A stretch of 64,000 bases of DNA from Candidatus Marinacidobacterales bacterium (GTDB lineage Bacteria; Acidobacteriota; Vicinamibacteria; Marinacidobacterales; DATDRI01), in assembly GCA_965226495.1 (NCBI GenBank), contig OZ245365.1, positions 4,576,001 through 4,640,000 of the forward strand. Direction: 5' to 3'. The position numbers and the translations under genes were made by a program. This document shows, piece by piece, positions 61,725-64,000 of the stretch (its first letter is position 1; the number at the start of each line of letters is the position of its first letter). The notes under the pieces are model-generated. The model saw only the letters and a list, made by a program, of their open reading frames with translations. It did no database searches and had not been told where the DNA came from.

Positions 61725-61772
61725 AGGCCGGCGCGCAAGAGAACCACCTAATCATCTGACACGGAGCAAACG

Positions 61773-62204
61773 ATGGCCGATATTTTTCACGACTTTCCAA
61801 TCAAAGCCTCACCAGAAAAAGTCTTCCAGGCGGTGACCAGTCCCCCGGGGCTCGATGAGTGGTGGACCAAGCGCTCGGCCGGCGAGCCATCCGACGGCGC
61901 AGAGTACGAGCTCTGGTTCGGGCCAAAACATGATTGGCGCGCCCGGGTGACTCGATATGTCCCGAACTCCGAATTCGAGCTCGAAATGGTGCGTGCGGAC
62001 GACGACTGGACCGGCACACGAGTCGGCTTCCTCCTAGAAGAACGAGATGGCCGAACCTGGGTTCAGTTTTGGCACAAGGGTTGGCCGAGCGGGAACGACC
62101 ATTACCGAACCACCAATTGTTGCTGGGCTATGTACCTGCGGATACTGCGGCGATACCTCGAGCACGGTGAGACCGTTCCCTATGAAGATCGCCTAAATGT
62201 GTAG
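61773..62204 (+). CDS. SRPBCC/AHSA1 domain protein
   Basis: IKASPEKVFQAV..GLDEWWT, DWTGT. Confidence 0.85.
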   Translation: MADIFHDFPIKASPEKVFQAVTSPPGLDEWWTKRSAGEPSDGAEYELWFGPKHDWRARVTRYVPNSEFELEMVRADDDWTGTRVGFLLEERDGRTWVQFWHKGWPSGNDHYRTTNCCWAMYLRILRRYLEHGETVPYEDRLNV

Positions 62205-62909
62205 TGCACGAGGAAATGAACGTGAATAGCGAGGTCTGCGAACTCGTTGCGTCTGTCGAAAAGGCACGCGCTTCTGTACTGGAATCCGTAGCCGATCTGA
62301 CAGGAGCCCAAGGGGCTTTCAAACCGTCGGAGAACGAATGGTCTATCGCCGAAGTCATGGAACACCTCTACCTCGCGGAACTAGCGGGCATCACCAAGGT
62401 TTGGTCTGCACTCGAGAACCTACGAGCAGGCAGGCACTGGACCCATGAGCTCCCGAATCGGGGCAAGACGATCGACGAAGTGGTTGCCGAAACTTGGAAG
62501 CCGAAAGAAGTAGCACCACAGATAGCGACGCCGTTTATGGGTGGGCCACTCCGTCCCTGGTGCTCGGCGCTAGGCTCGCTCACGAAGGTGCTGGCAGATC
62601 TCGCAGTTGAGCTTGAGGCAAGAAAACTGGACGAGATCATCTTTCCCCACGTGCTTTCCGGTCCCTTGGACGCTCGACAACGGCTGGACTTTCTGCGATT
62701 TCATCAGAACACACAACAAGGAGGATGATATGCATGTATTGGGTGATGTCTTAAGATTCCTGTCAAAGAAAAACGATGTATGGAACGTCTGGTATTTGGG
62801 GAGATGAATCTCTCGGAGATCGTCCGGTCGGGAGCGAGGCAATGACTATCGAGAACGATCAGGCCAGATCGAGCGTATCCGGATGGAACCTAGTTTTCCC
62901 AATGAGTAG
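62204..62909 (+). CDS. DinB-family protein, interrupted near 3' end by a mosaic insert
   Basis: WSIAEVMEHL, FPH...FLRFH; probable true tail QIERIRMEPSFPNE* ends 62909. Confidence 0.75.
62741..62835 (+). mobile_element. IS256 left-end fragment
   Basis: 62741-62783 = 3104-3146; 62789-62835 matches ~3254-3300. Confidence 0.85.
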
Positions 62910-62963
62910 GCATGTGCTAAAACACTAGTTGCTTCACTCAGAACACACAACAAGGAGGATGAT

Positions 62964-63269
62964 ATGCATGTATTGCTGCACATCAAGATCCCGCATGAGC
63001 CGTTCAACACAATGGTTCGAAACGGGACTGCCGGAGACAAGATCAAGCAGATTCTCGAGGATCTGAGGCCAGAGTCCGTCTACTTCGGCGAGTTCAACGG
63101 CCAGCGCGGATCGATCATGGCCGTCGACCTGAAGGACTCATCGGAAATCCCGAAGTACGCGGAACCTTGGTTTCTCACATTCAATGCCGACGTCGAGTTT
63201 CATCCCGCAATGACCCCCGAGGAACTAGGGAAGGCAGGACTGGACGAGCTGGGCAAGAAGTGGGCCTAG
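62964..63269 (+). CDS. Conserved hypothetical protein (ferredoxin-like fold candidate)
   Basis: AAGGAGG RBS; 101 aa; PESVYF, AEPWFLTFNADVEFHPAMTPEEL. Confidence 0.8.
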   Translation: MHVLLHIKIPHEPFNTMVRNGTAGDKIKQILEDLRPESVYFGEFNGQRGSIMAVDLKDSSEIPKYAEPWFLTFNADVEFHPAMTPEELGKAGLDELGKKWA

Positions 63270-63529
63270 GCCCACCTTGTAGGCTGAAGAAGCGGGAGGC
63301 GAGTGCGGTGCCGTCACGCCCACTTGCCTCCCACTTCAAGCTTTGCATCGTCGCTATACCGCTCTTCCCCATAATCGGCAACGGTTCTTCCGCGGCCGCC
63401 CAAACCGAGAGAGGGGCGTCGCCACCCCTACCCAGACCACAGAAATACCGGTGAAGTAGTACGCGGTTCGCTCGCGGACCTCTCAAAACAATGATCAGGC
63501 GGGTCATCGGCCAGCTTTAGGAGAAGAAT

Positions 63530-64000
63530 TTGAGCTATTTCATGCTGGATATCGAAGCCGATGGGCCCATTCCGGGCGATTATTCGATGATTTGCTTCGG
63601 GGCGGTCATCGTGGAACCCGGTCTGGAACGAACATTCTACGGCCGCCTCAAACCGACGACCGACTTGTGGATTCCAGAGGCGCTCAAAGTGAGCGGTTTT
63701 GCACGCGAAGAGACGCTGTCATTCGATGACCCGAAAACTGTGATGCGTGAGTTCGGGGATTGGGTGAAAAAGGAGACCAAGGGACGCTCGATGTTCATCT
63801 CGGACAACAACGGCTTCGACTGGCAGTTCATCAATTGGTACTTCCATCACTTCCTTGGAGAGAACCCCTTCGGACATAGCTCCACCAACTTAGGCTCGCT
63901 GTACAAGGGATGCGAGCGGGACATGTTCAAGAACTTCAAACATCTCCGGCAGACGGAGCACACGCACGATCCGTTGGACGATGCCAAGGGCAACGCCGAG
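63530..64000 (+). CDS. DEDD 3'-5' exonuclease-like protein (runs off window edge)
   Basis: TTG after AGGAG; YFMLDIEADGP...FDWQFI...HDPLDDAKGNAE. Confidence 0.82.
   Translation, partial: MSYFMLDIEADGPIPGDYSMICFGAVIVEPGLERTFYGRLKPTTDLWIPEALKVSGFAREETLSFDDPKTVMREFGDWVKKETKGRSMFISDNNGFDWQFINWYFHHFLGENPFGHSSTNLGSLYKGCERDMFKNFKHLRQTEHTHDPLDDAKGNAE

Overview
GC-rich bacterial window, most likely Acidobacteriota (Vicinamibacteria-like), judged from a PadR + ADOP permease pair, many 'MSLxPGxxLGPYEI...' Ser/Thr kinases and PQQ-like propellers. It has two halves. The right half (~34.2-64 kb) is mostly ordinary metabolic, transport and regulatory genes. The left half (1-34.2 kb) is a mosaic array built from recurring parts. 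(i) Ten co-oriented copies of one sigma70-type promoter element (TTGACT-17/18 bp-TAT[T/C]TT, all on the minus strand) sit ahead of Ser/Thr-kinase starts of variable length or unrelated cargo genes, and two cargo ORFs begin in frame with the kinase start. (ii) Six plus-strand 3'-half tRNA-Met fragments have mix-and-match flanks. (iii) Repeats resembling integrase arm sites link the promoter to the tRNA fragment. No integrase and no intact tRNA is present in the window. The best reading is a tandem array of non-autonomous, tRNA-Met-targeted islets that each carry an inward kinase promoter used to express captured genes, largely secreted hydrolases. This is inference. An IS256 and an IS3 element are also present. 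Single-base frameshifts and short mosaic duplications suggest consensus errors, so junction-based claims need read-level checking.
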